From Alphaproteobacteria bacterium (GTDB lineage: Bacteria > Pseudomonadota > Alphaproteobacteria > CAAHEQ01 > UBA3637), in NCBI GenBank assembly GCA_045605805.1, contig JAZUQR010000026.1, positions 6,101 through 70,100 of the forward strand: 64,000 bases of DNA, written 5' to 3'. Positions 48,918 through 58,652 of this stretch are shown one piece after another. Position 1 is the stretch's first letter. Each line of letters opens with the position of its first letter. The notes below the pieces were generated by a model. The model did no database searches and had not been told where the DNA came from. It saw nothing but the letters and a program-made list of their open reading frames with translations. Made by a program: the position numbers and the translations under genes.

Positions 48918-50425
48918 TCAACCTCCCATCCAATTTGTTTCAATTTTGTTTTGATTTCTTCTTGAAGTGTAGAGGATTGTTTGAACATCTCGGAAAGTTC
49001 AGCCGTCAAACGTTTCATTTTGTCTTCAAACGGTTCGCCATCATCGGCTTGTTCCTCTATCCCCACATAACGACCTGGCGTCAAGATGTAATCTTGCTTG
49101 GCAATATCCTCAGTTGTTGCAACAGCACAGAAACCTTTCACATTTTCCAATGTGCCATTTTGGAATGCGGTAAATGTATCGGCCAATTTCTTGATGTCTT
49201 TATCTGTGAAGTCACGGTGTTTTCTGTCCACCATATATCCCATCTTGCGTGCATCAATGAAAACTGTGCGGCCTTTTTGTTGCTTATTCTTGGTAATAAA
49301 CCACAATGTGACCGGAATTGTGACGCTATAGAACAATTGTGTTGGCAGAGCAATAATACCTTCCACTAAGTCAGCCTCAATAATCCGCCGGCGAATATCG
49401 CCTTCACCACTATTGGTAGAGGAAAGGGCTCCGTTCGCCAAGACTAAACCGATTTTACCCCCTGGTGCCAAATGATGTATCATATGCTGAATCCACGCAT
49501 AGTTAGCATTACCTGCCGGAGGTGTTCCAAATTCCCATCGAGGATCGTCTTTTAATTTGTCTTGTCCCCAGTTGGATAGGTTAAATGGAGGATTCGCCAT
49601 AATGAAGTCAAACTTTTCGTGTTGGTGCAGGTCGTTAAAGAATGTATCGGCCTGATACGGTCCCAAATTGGCATCTATCCCACGAATAGCCATATTCATT
49701 TTTGCCATTTTCCAAGTATCTGCGTTGGATTCTTGACCATATACAGAGATTCTGTCACGATTGCCACTGTGGGCTTGCAAGAACTTAACCGATTGCACAA
49801 ACATGCCACCCGAACCACAGCATGGGTCATAAACGCGGCAGTTGTCAAAGGGTTTCAAAACTTCTACAATTGTGCGGACAATGCTGGATGGAGTGTAAAA
49901 TTCACCGCCTTTTGTTCCTTCATACGCGGCAAACTGAGCAATGCAGTATTCATAAGTTCTGCCCAACAGGTCTTTGTCCTTATCCGTTTCGGACATATCT
50001 ATGTTGTTTGTAAACAAATCCACAACATTGCCCAAAACTCGTTTATCCAAATCTTGGTTAGCATAGTTCTTTGGAAGAACGTTTTTCAGGGATTTATTTT
50101 CAGCCTCAATAGCACGCATGGCTTCATCAATCACCATACCGATTTCGGGAGTATGGGCGGCTTCGGCTATTTTGCTCCAACGAGCTGCCTCAGGAACATA
50201 GAAAATGCCTTCCATTATATAAGCATCTTTATCGTTTTCAAAACCATCCCCTTCTGCGACCAATTGGTTATAACGCTTTTCAAATGCAAAAGAAATGTAG
50301 CGCAGGAAAATTAAACCCACAATGACTTTGCGGTAATCCGCCGCAGGAATATGTCCCCACAGTTCGCATGCGGCTTCCCAGATTTGCTTTTCAAAACCTA
50401 TATTTGCGTTGTTTTTCCCTGCCAT
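48914..50425 (-). CDS. hsdM: Type I restriction-modification N6-adenine DNA methyltransferase
   Basis: 'FIMANPPFNLSNW' motif IV, 'VYDPCCGSGGM' motif I, HsdM N-terminal domain. RBS aaagaggt. Confidence 0.9.
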   Translation of the reverse strand: MAGKNNANIGFEKQIWEAACELWGHIPAADYRKVIVGLIFLRYISFAFEKRYNQLVAEGDGFENDKDAYIMEGIFYVPEAARWSKIAEAAHTPEIGMVIDEAMRAIEAENKSLKNVLPKNYANQDLDKRVLGNVVDLFTNNIDMSETDKDKDLLGRTYEYCIAQFAAYEGTKGGEFYTPSSIVRTIVEVLKPFDNCRVYDPCCGSGGMFVQSVKFLQAHSGNRDRISVYGQESNADTWKMAKMNMAIRGIDANLGPYQADTFFNDLHQHEKFDFIMANPPFNLSNWGQDKLKDDPRWEFGTPPAGNANYAWIQHMIHHLAPGGKIGLVLANGALSSTNSGEGDIRRRIIEADLVEGIIALPTQLFYSVTIPVTLWFITKNKQQKGRTVFIDARKMGYMVDRKHRDFTDKDIKKLADTFTAFQNGTLENVKGFCAVATTEDIAKQDYILTPGRYVGIEEQADDGEPFEDKMKRLTAELSEMFKQSSTLQEEIKTKLKQIGWEVE

Positions 50426-50529
50426 TTTGGACCTCTTTTCGTTTAGAATCATAATATCGTAAATTCTAGCCGATTTTTTCTGAAAAGGCAATCAGAAATA
50501 TAAGGTCTGTTGTATTTAATTATGGTGCT

Positions 50530-50727
50530 TTACTCTACCTCAAACCATTTCATGCAGGTGGCAAGCAAGTGGTCGTAATTGCCGGAGGTGGCTTCTGCCT
50601 GAAAGGCATCTTGTTCTTTTTGATTCAAACCGGCTTGACGCATGGCTCTTAAACAGATACCTAGGATATTAAAGGCATTCCCGTCTTTACCGGTCAACTG
50701 GACAATAATATCAGGATATTTTGGCAT
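50530..50727 (-). CDS. Small protein family B' (paralog of 36024-36227)
   Basis: RBS aaggag. Conserved 'DHLLATCMKWFEVE' versus 'NHLFITCMEWFNVE'. Confidence 0.55.
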   Translation of the reverse strand: MPKYPDIIVQLTGKDGNAFNILGICLRAMRQAGLNQKEQDAFQAEATSGNYDHLLATCMKWFEVE

Positions 50728-50737
50728 GACGATCTCC

Positions 50738-51046
50738 TTATTTAACCTCAAGCCCCAAGTAGCGGCAGTAGCTTGATCCTGACGGGTCGGCGTAAAGTGT
50801 CGGCTGACCGTCACATTCCAGGGCGATAACCTGACGTTGGTTGTCGTCGTTATATCCGCCTTTGCCGGATAAAAAGATGTAGTTATCCAGAGGGCGTTGG
50901 CAGACAGCCTGATACCAAGCAGGCGATAAATGAACTGTTTCGGCTATCACCACTTCTTTGGCTTGGTGTGCATATTTTTGGGTTAAATCCCGAACTTCGG
51001 AAATATCGGAGGGCTTGCGGACCATGTAAGTTTTAACTGTTTTCAT
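50738..51046 (-). CDS. Small protein family A' (paralog of 35509-35763)
   Basis: RBS aaaggag. 'VCQRPLDNYIFLSGKGGYND'. Confidence 0.55.
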   Translation of the reverse strand: MKTVKTYMVRKPSDISEVRDLTQKYAHQAKEVVIAETVHLSPAWYQAVCQRPLDNYIFLSGKGGYNDDNQRQVIALECDGQPTLYADPSGSSYCRYLGLEVK

Positions 51047-51151
51047 GATAATCTCCTTTCGCATCACAATGAACGCTCTTTTTCGAAGAATTATCCAGTT
51101 ATTTCTGTACTAAATCGCAAGAAATATGCATTATTTTGAGGGGGTGACCAG

Positions 51152-51318
51152 CCAGAAGTGACCAGTGACCAGCCAGGAAAAATTGGGTCCCCTTATAACC
51201 CTTGTGTTTATTGGGGTTTGAGATATACCCGACCAGCCAGAATTTTTCGGTTTCGCTAGAAATATGGCGCGGCTTGCGTCCCCGCATATGAAATCTCGCC
51301 AGGAAGGACCTCTGGCCA
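51152..51318. repeat. Conserved ~170-bp non-coding element, copy B (three GTGACCAG iterons plus conserved core)
   Basis: Aligns with 33399-33570. Lies in the 5' leader of the RM operon and 3' of the nitroreductase gene. Confidence 0.6.
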
Positions 51319-51363
51319 GATACCTGATCACCCGAGTGGCTAGTAATCCAAGCAACCAAGAAA

Positions 51364-51879
51364 TTATAAAAATTGAACGGTATCGGACAAGGGCTTCTTG
51401 TTCGTATGCGTTGGCGCTGGTGCCGCCGAGGCTGTCGGATAACCGAACATCATGAGCAAAACGGGCACTTCGTTTTCGGGTAAATCAAAAGCCTTGCGCG
51501 TTTCATCCGGGTTAAACATATTCACCCAAGTGGAATGAACGCCCAAGTCTGCGGCCTGCAACATCATGTGTGTTGCCACAATGGATGCATCCTCAACGCC
51601 CGAAGTAATAGTCTCATCAGTTGGGTTGTGCCATTCTTGATTTTTATCATAGCAAATAATCATGGCAAGCGGGGCATTATAATGGCAGGGTGTCACAGCC
51701 CGCAACTTTTCCATGGCCGCCGGTGATTGAACAACATAAACCTTTTGCGGTTGGTTGTTTTTGGCGGTAGGGGCCACCCGTCCGGCTTGTAAAATCTTTT
51801 GGATTTTTTCATCTTCAACCGGTTTGTTGTCATAGCTTCTTTGCGTATAACGCACTGTACTCAGTTCTTCAAATGTCAT
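51364..51879 (-). CDS. Nitroreductase-family protein
   Basis: 'RRSYDNKPV...AGRVAPTAKNNQP' NfsB-like N-terminus, 171 aa. Confidence 0.7.
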   Translation of the reverse strand: MTFEELSTVRYTQRSYDNKPVEDEKIQKILQAGRVAPTAKNNQPQKVYVVQSPAAMEKLRAVTPCHYNAPLAMIICYDKNQEWHNPTDETITSGVEDASIVATHMMLQAADLGVHSTWVNMFNPDETRKAFDLPENEVPVLLMMFGYPTASAAPAPTHTNKKPLSDTVQFL

Positions 51880-51958
51880 TGTTTATCCTTTCTGTTTGTG
51901 ATTATTATATAGCACTGTTTTTTCAAAAAAAGAAAGTAAATTAGTAAGCTCAAAACTT

Positions 51959-52723
51959 TTAGCCTTCTTCATTGGTTTTGGCATATTCTTCCCCGTACAT
52001 TTCCCATTGGTCAACCGAACGCTTCCAATCTTTAATTGGGTTGCCATACTTATCACGCCACTTTTGGCGGGAATAATAAGCGTGGAATTGGTAAGGGTTG
52101 ATTCTATGATAGTTCATTGTTTGACAATACTCTTCCACTTGTTCTATGGACGGGCTGTTATCACTTGATCCCAACAGTTGTCCGATTGGAACCGGACCTT
52201 TAGAAATTGAGCCTTGCCTTGGCACACTCCAATTCATTGCCAAGCCTGAGGGAGTTTCTTTTTCATTATATACATTCTGGGCATTCTTTCCTTTCTTATT
52301 TATAGCCGCAGGTAGTTCGCCGGTCGTCCGCAGGTAGTTCGCGCCTGAGTCGCATTGGGACAATTCATCACCGCCTAACACATTGAAATCATTATATTTT
52401 AACATCTTTATAAGTAGTCCGTTTGCTAAGCGTTTTGTATCAACTTCCCCGGTTTTTTTGAGTTTTGCTATAACCCGCTTGATTTATTGCGGGGATTTTT
52501 TTAAGGCCTCTGAAATCACTGCATAACTGGTCAGCAATTCGCCTTTATGGATAACATATTCATAAAGTTCTTTATCTTGGAAATTTGCGCGCAGTAAGAG
52601 ATAAAGATATACTTGGCACACATTCTCATCCGGAAGCCAGCGCCAGTTTAAATAACGTCTGTCTAATTTGACAAAGCCAAGAGGAAAATGCGGATCATCC
52701 GTTTTTTGTTTGTTTTGAGACAT
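51959..52723 (-). pseudogene. Phage/ICE-type replisome-organiser (DnaD-like) gene split by frameshift in an A7 run (~52486)
   Basis: N-fragment 'FVKLDRRYLNWRWLPDENVCQVYLYLLLRAN', C-fragment '...KYGNPIKDWKRSVDQWEMY'. The alternative frame joins them. Confidence 0.5.
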
Positions 52724-52740
52724 CAGGTGTGTCCTTTCTA

Positions 52741-53714
52741 ATGAGAGGGAAAATGGTTAATCTTTGACGGGTGGAAAACCGAACAGTTTTCTTTGTTCGG
52801 GCCAACTGGCCGGGATAGAGGCCCTCAATAATTCTCGGGCGGTCATAGTTTTGGGTTGAGCTCCCCGTAAAATGGCATCAATAATATCCGGTGCCAAAAA
52901 GGTAAGCCGAATTTGCGCCCCGATATAGGCCGGATCCTGATGATATACTTCGGCCAGTTCATGCAGGTTTAAGTTCTTGGCTTCCTAGGTTTCACGATAA
53001 GTAAAACCGTTGGCCAAAATCTTAATGAGATAGCGGTCTTCTTTCTTGGATGGCTTTTCACCTGAGGTCAAATACAGCATATCCGACACCGTTTCGGGCA
53101 AATGAATCTCTTTGCTCCCACGATGTGTAATCAGGTTAAAGGGAACCGTTGATTCCATCAGTTCCGGTTTTAATTCATTGGGTTTCAAACTGGCTTTCAG
53201 GCGTTTGTCCATCAGGTGAAGGGCCAAAGGTTTCCAGACCACAATAATTTTATCGGCAAAAATCGTTACCCCGTGAACCAGCAGGCTGACTATTTTTTCC
53301 TTTTGCGTGCCGGTCAGTTGTTGAAAGACAGAGTCAGTTTCACGCATGGCATAAAAGACTTCGCTTTCTTTTAAGTCCGGTTGCACTTGGCAGGCTTCCT
53401 GAGCCAGCGCCTGTAAAACATACGGGGATTTAATCAGTGGATTGAGCAAGTCCATCACCAAATTATCCAACAAGTGCATGGGGATGGCATTCAGCCGACA
53501 TGAATGAGGTCCGTATTTTTTGTGTATTTGATTTGAATAGGTTTTGGGCGGATTCAAATGTTTCTTTATCAATAATCGCTTGATGTTGGCCCGGGAAAGA
53601 AGTCCCTTTATGCGTAATCTCACCGATATAAACACGATTATTAAGCATACTCCTTAAAAAGGTCCAGCCGGGAACTTTTCCCCGAAAAGTGCAATTTTCC
53701 CGTAAAAGGCGCAA
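52741..53714 (-). pseudogene. Large serine recombinase remnant (internal TAG, frameshift, catalytic N-domain missing)
   Basis: 'NNRVYIGEITHKGTSFPGQHQAIIDKETFESAQ' recombinase-domain motif. C-terminal 'LAPDIIDAILRGAQPKTMTARELL' after in-frame TAG. Confidence 0.55.
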
Positions 53715-53900
53715 AGTTATCGCTTTTTATGGATTACCTAGCAAAGAAAGTTTTGGTTGGTTCATCTGCTTAAATAGCACTTTTGCTTTCTTTTCCCAAA
53801 AAACACAGATGAATTGTGGTAAATGGGCATTTTCACATTGAGCCTAAAATGCATCACAAGAGCTTTTGTAACGGGCTTATCATTCCCCTGTTTCAAATAT

Positions 53901-53942
53901 GAAAAAAGCCCGTTTCAAACGGGCTGAATCTTAAATTGGTGG
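53901..53942. repeat. 42-bp direct repeat copy 2 (tRNA-Ala last 6 nt plus downstream terminator); right island boundary
   Basis: Identical to 34592-34633. Hairpin agcccgttt/aaacgggct followed by T-run on minus strand acts as tRNA-Ala terminator. Confidence 0.7.
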
Positions 53943-54012
53943 AGATAAGGGGAATCGAACCCCTGACCTACGCATTGCGAACGCGTCGCTCTACCAACTG
54001 AGCTATATCCCC
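53937..54012 (-). tRNA. tRNA-Ala (anticodon CGC) with G3:U70 identity pair, CCA-encoded
   Basis: Reverse complement folds into cloverleaf: acceptor GGGGATA/TATCTCC, anticodon loop TTCGCAA, T-loop TTCGATT. Confidence 0.9.
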
Positions 54013-54059
54013 AAGCGAATGCAAGCATTATAGCATTTTCAAAATCCGCTGTCAAGCGT

Positions 54060-55034
54060 TTATTTCACGGGAACCCAAACCGTGTCGGCAAGTTTGTCGG
54101 CATCAGCAATGAGCATAATCAAACGATCAACCCCCAAAGCATTGCCACTGGCTTCGGGCATGCCCAATTCTAAGGCAGACAAAAAGTCTTCATCCATCGG
54201 ATCTTCCCATCCGTACAGGCGTTTGCGTTCGGCATAATTGGCCACAAAACGTTCTCGTTGTTCAACAGGATCAGTCAGTTCAGAAAAAGCGTTGCACAGT
54301 TCGACACCGCACACATAAGCCTCAAACCGTTCACACACTTTGGGATTGTCTGGCTTTTTGCGTGCCAAAGCCCCAAGCTGGGTGGGATATTCGCATAACA
54401 GAGTGGGGCGTTCGTCCCCCAAATGATCTTCCACTTTATTCAACATAATCCGAAAAAACACATCTTCCCATGTGTCATTTTCACCACAAAAAATGCCTTG
54501 TGCTTCGGCCTCTTTTTTCAAATCATCAGCCCATAAATTGACATTGGCATAACGCTGAAAAGCCTCCTCAACGGTTAAAACTTCCCATTCTAAAAAGGGA
54601 TTGGCACTGCGCCCATTATGCTTTAATTCTGTCACCCCGCAGGCAGTACAGCACGCCCGCACCAACGAAATGGTGTCGGCCATCATGGCATGATAATCGG
54701 TGTCGGTGCGATACCATTCCAACATCAAAAACTCGGGGGCGTGCGTGTCGGAAACAGGCTCGTCACGATAGGCGTGACATAAAGTATAAATAGCCTTTTC
54801 ACCAGCGACTAACAATTTTTTCATGGCCAGTTCGGGGCTTGTGTGCAGATACATATCGCCTGTTTGAAAACATTTCAAGTGTACCTCATCACTTGGGGCA
54901 GGTTGCAGGGCAGGGACATCTACTTCATTTAATCCCACCGAATCAAAGTGTGCACGAATTGTTTTAATCACTTGTCGGCGTATGTTCCGATAAGTTGTGT
55001 TTTTTAAGTATAAATCAGGTTTCCACCATTTCAT
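54060..55034 (-). CDS. epmA: Elongation factor P--(R)-beta-lysine ligase (truncated LysRS paralog)
   Basis: Class II aaRS catalytic core ('EFLMLEWY', 'GNALGVDRLIML') without anticodon-binding domain. Divergent from efp. Confidence 0.8.
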   Translation of the reverse strand: MKWWKPDLYLKNTTYRNIRRQVIKTIRAHFDSVGLNEVDVPALQPAPSDEVHLKCFQTGDMYLHTSPELAMKKLLVAGEKAIYTLCHAYRDEPVSDTHAPEFLMLEWYRTDTDYHAMMADTISLVRACCTACGVTELKHNGRSANPFLEWEVLTVEEAFQRYANVNLWADDLKKEAEAQGIFCGENDTWEDVFFRIMLNKVEDHLGDERPTLLCEYPTQLGALARKKPDNPKVCERFEAYVCGVELCNAFSELTDPVEQRERFVANYAERKRLYGWEDPMDEDFLSALELGMPEASGNALGVDRLIMLIADADKLADTVWVPVK

Positions 55035-55101
55035 CTTGACTTTCCTTTCTGATTTTAGTATACTACATTTATTCAATTTTTTCAAGGAAAGGATTTAAAA
55101 T

Positions 55102-55668
55102 ATGAAACAACAAGCAAACCAAATGCGCCCAGGGTGGGTCATTGACTTTAATGGCAAACAATATCTGGTCACAAAAATCAATATCATCACACCGGGAAAA
55201 GGCGGTGCTTTTATCCAAGTTGAAATGCGTGATGTGAAAACCGGTTTGAAAACCGAACAGCGTTGGCGCACAGCGGATACTGTTGAAAAATTGATGAGTG
55301 AAGAGTTTGATTGCACATATCTGTATCGTGAGGGCGATAATTTGTGTTTTATGAATGCTGAAAACTATGAACAATTTGAAATTCCTGCCGAAATGTTGGG
55401 TGAAAAAGCCTTGTTCTTGCAAGATAATATGGCTGTCACAGTGAACTTTATTGAAGGCAAACCTGTGTCTGTGAATTTGCCAATGCATGTGACATTGACA
55501 ATTGTTGAAACAGAACCCTGTATCAAAGGGGCAACGGTGACAACCTCTTTCAAATCGGCTGTGTTGGAAAACGGTATTCGGACAACAGTGCCACCCTTTA
55601 TTGCACAAGGTGAAAGAATTGTGGTGTCCACAGAAGATAATTCTTATGTAGAACGGGCCAAAAACTAG
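55102..55668 (+). CDS. efp: Elongation factor P
   Basis: 188 aa with 'PGKGGAF' loop containing the modified Lys, three OB/KOW-like domains. Confidence 0.9.
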   Translation: MKQQANQMRPGWVIDFNGKQYLVTKINIITPGKGGAFIQVEMRDVKTGLKTEQRWRTADTVEKLMSEEFDCTYLYREGDNLCFMNAENYEQFEIPAEMLGEKALFLQDNMAVTVNFIEGKPVSVNLPMHVTLTIVETEPCIKGATVTTSFKSAVLENGIRTTVPPFIAQGERIVVSTEDNSYVERAKN

Positions 55669-56270
55669 GCTTTGCCGGCCTCGCTGATAAGCAGGTTCGC
55701 ATCAATTCCCAAAGTGGCAAGGGCTTCTTGCCACTTTTTGTTATCGGGAGTGTGAAAAATTAAATCCAAATGAAGCGGGGCTAAAATCCACATATTACCC
55801 ATCAATTCTTCCTCCAATTGGCCTCGTTCCCAAACAGACTTGCCCACAAACACGATAAAGTCTTTTGGGCCGGTCCCCTCTGAAATGTCATCTAAAACCT
55901 GTTGTGTTTCGGTCAATAATAAATGATGGCACAGGTCTTGCGAATCCAAAGCATGATAATCATCCGTATGTAAAACAGCACCATGTCCCAAATCAACAGG
56001 GCCACCCTGATAAATGTGAAAATCATCCCCCAAATAAGCAATATCCCTGTTCTTAAACACTTCTTTTGGCGTTAAATGCGTTAAAGGGTGATTCAAAACA
56101 AAACCTGTGGCGCCATCTTGTTCGGTGTGTTTTGTGATTAAAATAACGGATTTGTTAAAAAACTGTCCTGCCTCGTTTTGGGCAGAAATAATCAATTGAC
56201 CTTGTAAAGATTGAAAAGGGGGGAGAGTCCTAACCATTTCCTTCGTCTTCAAAGTTTTCCATAATATCAT
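55665..56270 (-). CDS. YqgE/AlgH-family protein (UPF0301)
   Basis: 'GATGFVLNHPL' core motif. Confidence 0.65.
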   Translation of the reverse strand: MILWKTLKTKEMVRTLPPFQSLQGQLIISAQNEAGQFFNKSVILITKHTEQDGATGFVLNHPLTHLTPKEVFKNRDIAYLGDDFHIYQGGPVDLGHGAVLHTDDYHALDSQDLCHHLLLTETQQVLDDISEGTGPKDFIVFVGKSVWERGQLEEELMGNMWILAPLHLDLIFHTPDNKKWQEALATLGIDANLLISEAGKA

Positions 56271-56583
56271 TCAAGTCTGGATCATTTGGATTCAAATCGC
56301 CATCTTCTTCCAAAATATCCAATTCTTGTGGTTCATCATCTTCATCTGTCAATTGTAAGGAAGTCATATTCAATAAGGCTTCATCATTCAAATCTTCGTC
56401 ATCCAGTTTTGGGGCAGCTTTTCTTGCCATCTTAGCCAAATGTTTTGCCCGAGCCTGTTCATATGTTTCCAAAGTATATTCAACGCCACATTTTGGGCAA
56501 ACAAACTCAGGTTTACCCATATCATAGAAAAAAGCCCCACATTTATGACATTGTCTTTTTAATCCCCACTTTGATTTATCCAT
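56230..56583 (-). CDS. Zinc-ribbon protein (FYDxxGK-type, TIGR02300-like) with acidic C-terminus
   Basis: 'CHKCGAFFYDMGK...VCPKCG'. RBS aaggag. Confidence 0.5.
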   Translation of the reverse strand: MDKSKWGLKRQCHKCGAFFYDMGKPEFVCPKCGVEYTLETYEQARAKHLAKMARKAAPKLDDEDLNDEALLNMTSLQLTDEDDEPQELDILEEDGDLNPNDPDLNDIMENFEDEGNG

Positions 56584-56728
56584 ATTCTTCTCCTTTTTTT
56601 CTAAGTGTTTTTCAGACTGTTTTATTGATTTTTTCAAGATTGTCAAGAAAAAAATGTATAAAAGCACTTGTATTGTTAAAAATTATCAGATATCATTGCT
56701 TCCAGCAGAAAAAATACAGGAGATTCTT

Positions 56729-57736
56729 ATGAAAGAAAAAGGAACAATTTATGTTGTCATGCCGGCCTATAATGTGGAACGCTTTTTGGCCACTGCGTTT
56801 GATTCCTTGCTGGCTCAAACATATACAGATTGGGTTTGTTTGTGTATGAATGATGGGTCAAGTGATAAAACATACGAAGTGATGCAAAAATATGCCGCCC
56901 TTGACACAAGAATCAAGATTTACTCGCAAGAAAATCAAGGGCTCACAAAAACAATGAATACATTGCTCAATATGGTAAAAGGGCCATATTTATCTTTTTT
57001 GGATGCAGATGATGCATATCACCCCCAAATGCTGGAAGTGCTGATGAATACGATGGTTTGGGCAAATGCGGATGTTGTTGAATGTGGCGTACGGCGTTTC
57101 GTGGATACAGTTCCCGGCGAATTTTTACAACCGATAGAATCCAGTCAAAATGAAATACAGGTATTGGAAAATATGAATATCTTTTTGACGCATAAAACAT
57201 CGGTTGGAGCATGGATTCCAAAATGGAATAAATTATATGACTTTGATAAAGTAAAAACCATCAGGTTTAGTGAGCAATTATGCCATGAAGACGATTACTT
57301 CTATAATTCATTGGTGCATACGGTTATCAAGAAAAAAGTGCTTGTTCCATATCCGTTTTATTTTTACAGACATAACAGTTCCAGCCTGTGCGGGAATGTC
57401 AATTGGAAACGCTATCAAACTTCCGGTATCAACAGAATCAAATTGAGTTATGATTATTTTATTGCGGGCGGTAAATGTGGTGAAATATATCAAAAGGCCT
57501 TTTTGAATGATTTGTCACAAGATGCGTACAGAATGATTGTCAGAAAGCCCATCAAATGCGAAAAGAACAAAGACACAAGACGACAAATCTATAACAATGC
57601 CAAGACCGCTATGCAAGACTATCTCTCACACGGAATTGTGCAAACACAGTTTCTTAAACCGATGGCTCGTTTTCATATATGGTTGCTGGTTCATAATTGG
57701 TATTATTTAACACTTTTAATGGCTAAATTGAGTTAA
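56729..57736 (+). CDS. Family-2 glycosyltransferase
   Basis: 'IYVVMPAYNVERFL...SFLDADD' GT-A fold motifs. Confidence 0.7.
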   Translation: MKEKGTIYVVMPAYNVERFLATAFDSLLAQTYTDWVCLCMNDGSSDKTYEVMQKYAALDTRIKIYSQENQGLTKTMNTLLNMVKGPYLSFLDADDAYHPQMLEVLMNTMVWANADVVECGVRRFVDTVPGEFLQPIESSQNEIQVLENMNIFLTHKTSVGAWIPKWNKLYDFDKVKTIRFSEQLCHEDDYFYNSLVHTVIKKKVLVPYPFYFYRHNSSSLCGNVNWKRYQTSGINRIKLSYDYFIAGGKCGEIYQKAFLNDLSQDAYRMIVRKPIKCEKNKDTRRQIYNNAKTAMQDYLSHGIVQTQFLKPMARFHIWLLVHNWYYLTLLMAKLS

Positions 57737-58128
57737 CGGCTCAACCATTGTTGTAAAATCACCCGAGCGCTTTCGGCATCCAACACCGCCTTGCGTTTGT
57801 CGGGTCGCATAAAAAGAGCCTCTTTCAAAAACGATTCGGCCCGCAAGGAAGTTTTGGTTTCATCTTGCCAATAAATCGGCAAATGATATTTTTCTTCCAA
57901 TCGGTTGGCAAATAAACGAGCGTTTCGGGCAGTTTCCCCTTCCGTTCCATCAGGTTGTAAGGGCAGTCCAATCACAAAAGCCATCACGCCTTTTGCCGGT
58001 ACAATATCGTCCAGCTCGGTGATTTTGTGGATAATTTTGAAAGCCTTTGCAATGCGTTCCTTTTCGCCCGCCAAAGCCAATCCAATGCGTTTTGCACCAT
58101 AGTCAATGCCTAAAAAATTTTTTTCCAT
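57733..58128 (-). CDS. ruvX: Holliday-junction-resolvase-like YqgF/RuvX
   Basis: 'LGIDYGAKRIGLALA' RNase H-like N-terminus, 'VIGLPL'. Confidence 0.8.
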   Translation of the reverse strand: MEKNFLGIDYGAKRIGLALAGEKERIAKAFKIIHKITELDDIVPAKGVMAFVIGLPLQPDGTEGETARNARLFANRLEEKYHLPIYWQDETKTSLRAESFLKEALFMRPDKRKAVLDAESARVILQQWLSR

Positions 58129-58196
58129 AAAAAGTCCTTGCACTCTTGAACGAATTTCGGTAAAATCTTGATAAAATAAATTGTACCAATGAAGGA

Positions 58197-58652
58197 GTGG
58201 AAATGCAAGAAAAAAAGATATTGATTGCCTCGGACCACGGTGGCTTTACCTTAAAACAATCTCTGAAAAGCTATTTATTGGAAAAAGGATATGAAGTTTT
58301 GGATTGTGGCACGCATTCTGCCGATTCGGTCAATTATCCGGATTATGCGGCTGCTTTGGCAAAAGGCATGAAAGAAGGTAAAGCCAATAAGGGAATCTTG
58401 ATTTGTACCTCTGGCATTGGGATGAGTATTGCCGCCAACCGCTATCCGTTCATTCGGGCAGCATTGGTTGCTAATCGGGAGCTGGCTGAACTTGCCCGCT
58501 TGCATAACGATGCCAATGTGTTAGTATTCGGGGCCAAGTTTATCTCTGAGGAAGTGGCCAAAGAATGTGTGGATGTATTTTTAACAACAGAGTTTTCCGG
58601 TGGACGTCACTGTTGCCGAGTGGAAGCTCTTGAAAGGATGACAAATGAATAA
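58197..58652 (+). CDS. rpiB: Ribose-5-phosphate isomerase B
   Basis: '[13 protein letters not shown]...[16 protein letters not shown]' RpiB/LacAB motifs. Confidence 0.8.
   Translation: MEMQEKKILIASDHGGFTLKQSLKSYLLEKGYEVLDCGTHSADSVNYPDYAAALAKGMKEGKANKGILICTSGIGMSIAANRYPFIRAALVANRELAELARLHNDANVLVFGAKFISEEVAKECVDVFLTTEFSGGRHCCRVEALERMTNE

Noticed and set aside
49619-50314. 231-aa plus-strand ORF
   Set aside because: It is antisense to hsdM, which has clear methyltransferase motifs, so it is a spurious ORF.
51264-51455. 63-aa ORF starting 'MARLASPHM' within repeat copy B
   Set aside because: The conserved stretch 'MARL.SP.M' is short. The downstream sequence is not conserved between copies, so it is more likely a non-coding element.
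55069-55608. 179-aa Cys/His-rich ORF on minus strand
   Set aside because: It is entirely antisense to the well-supported efp gene and its composition looks artefactual.
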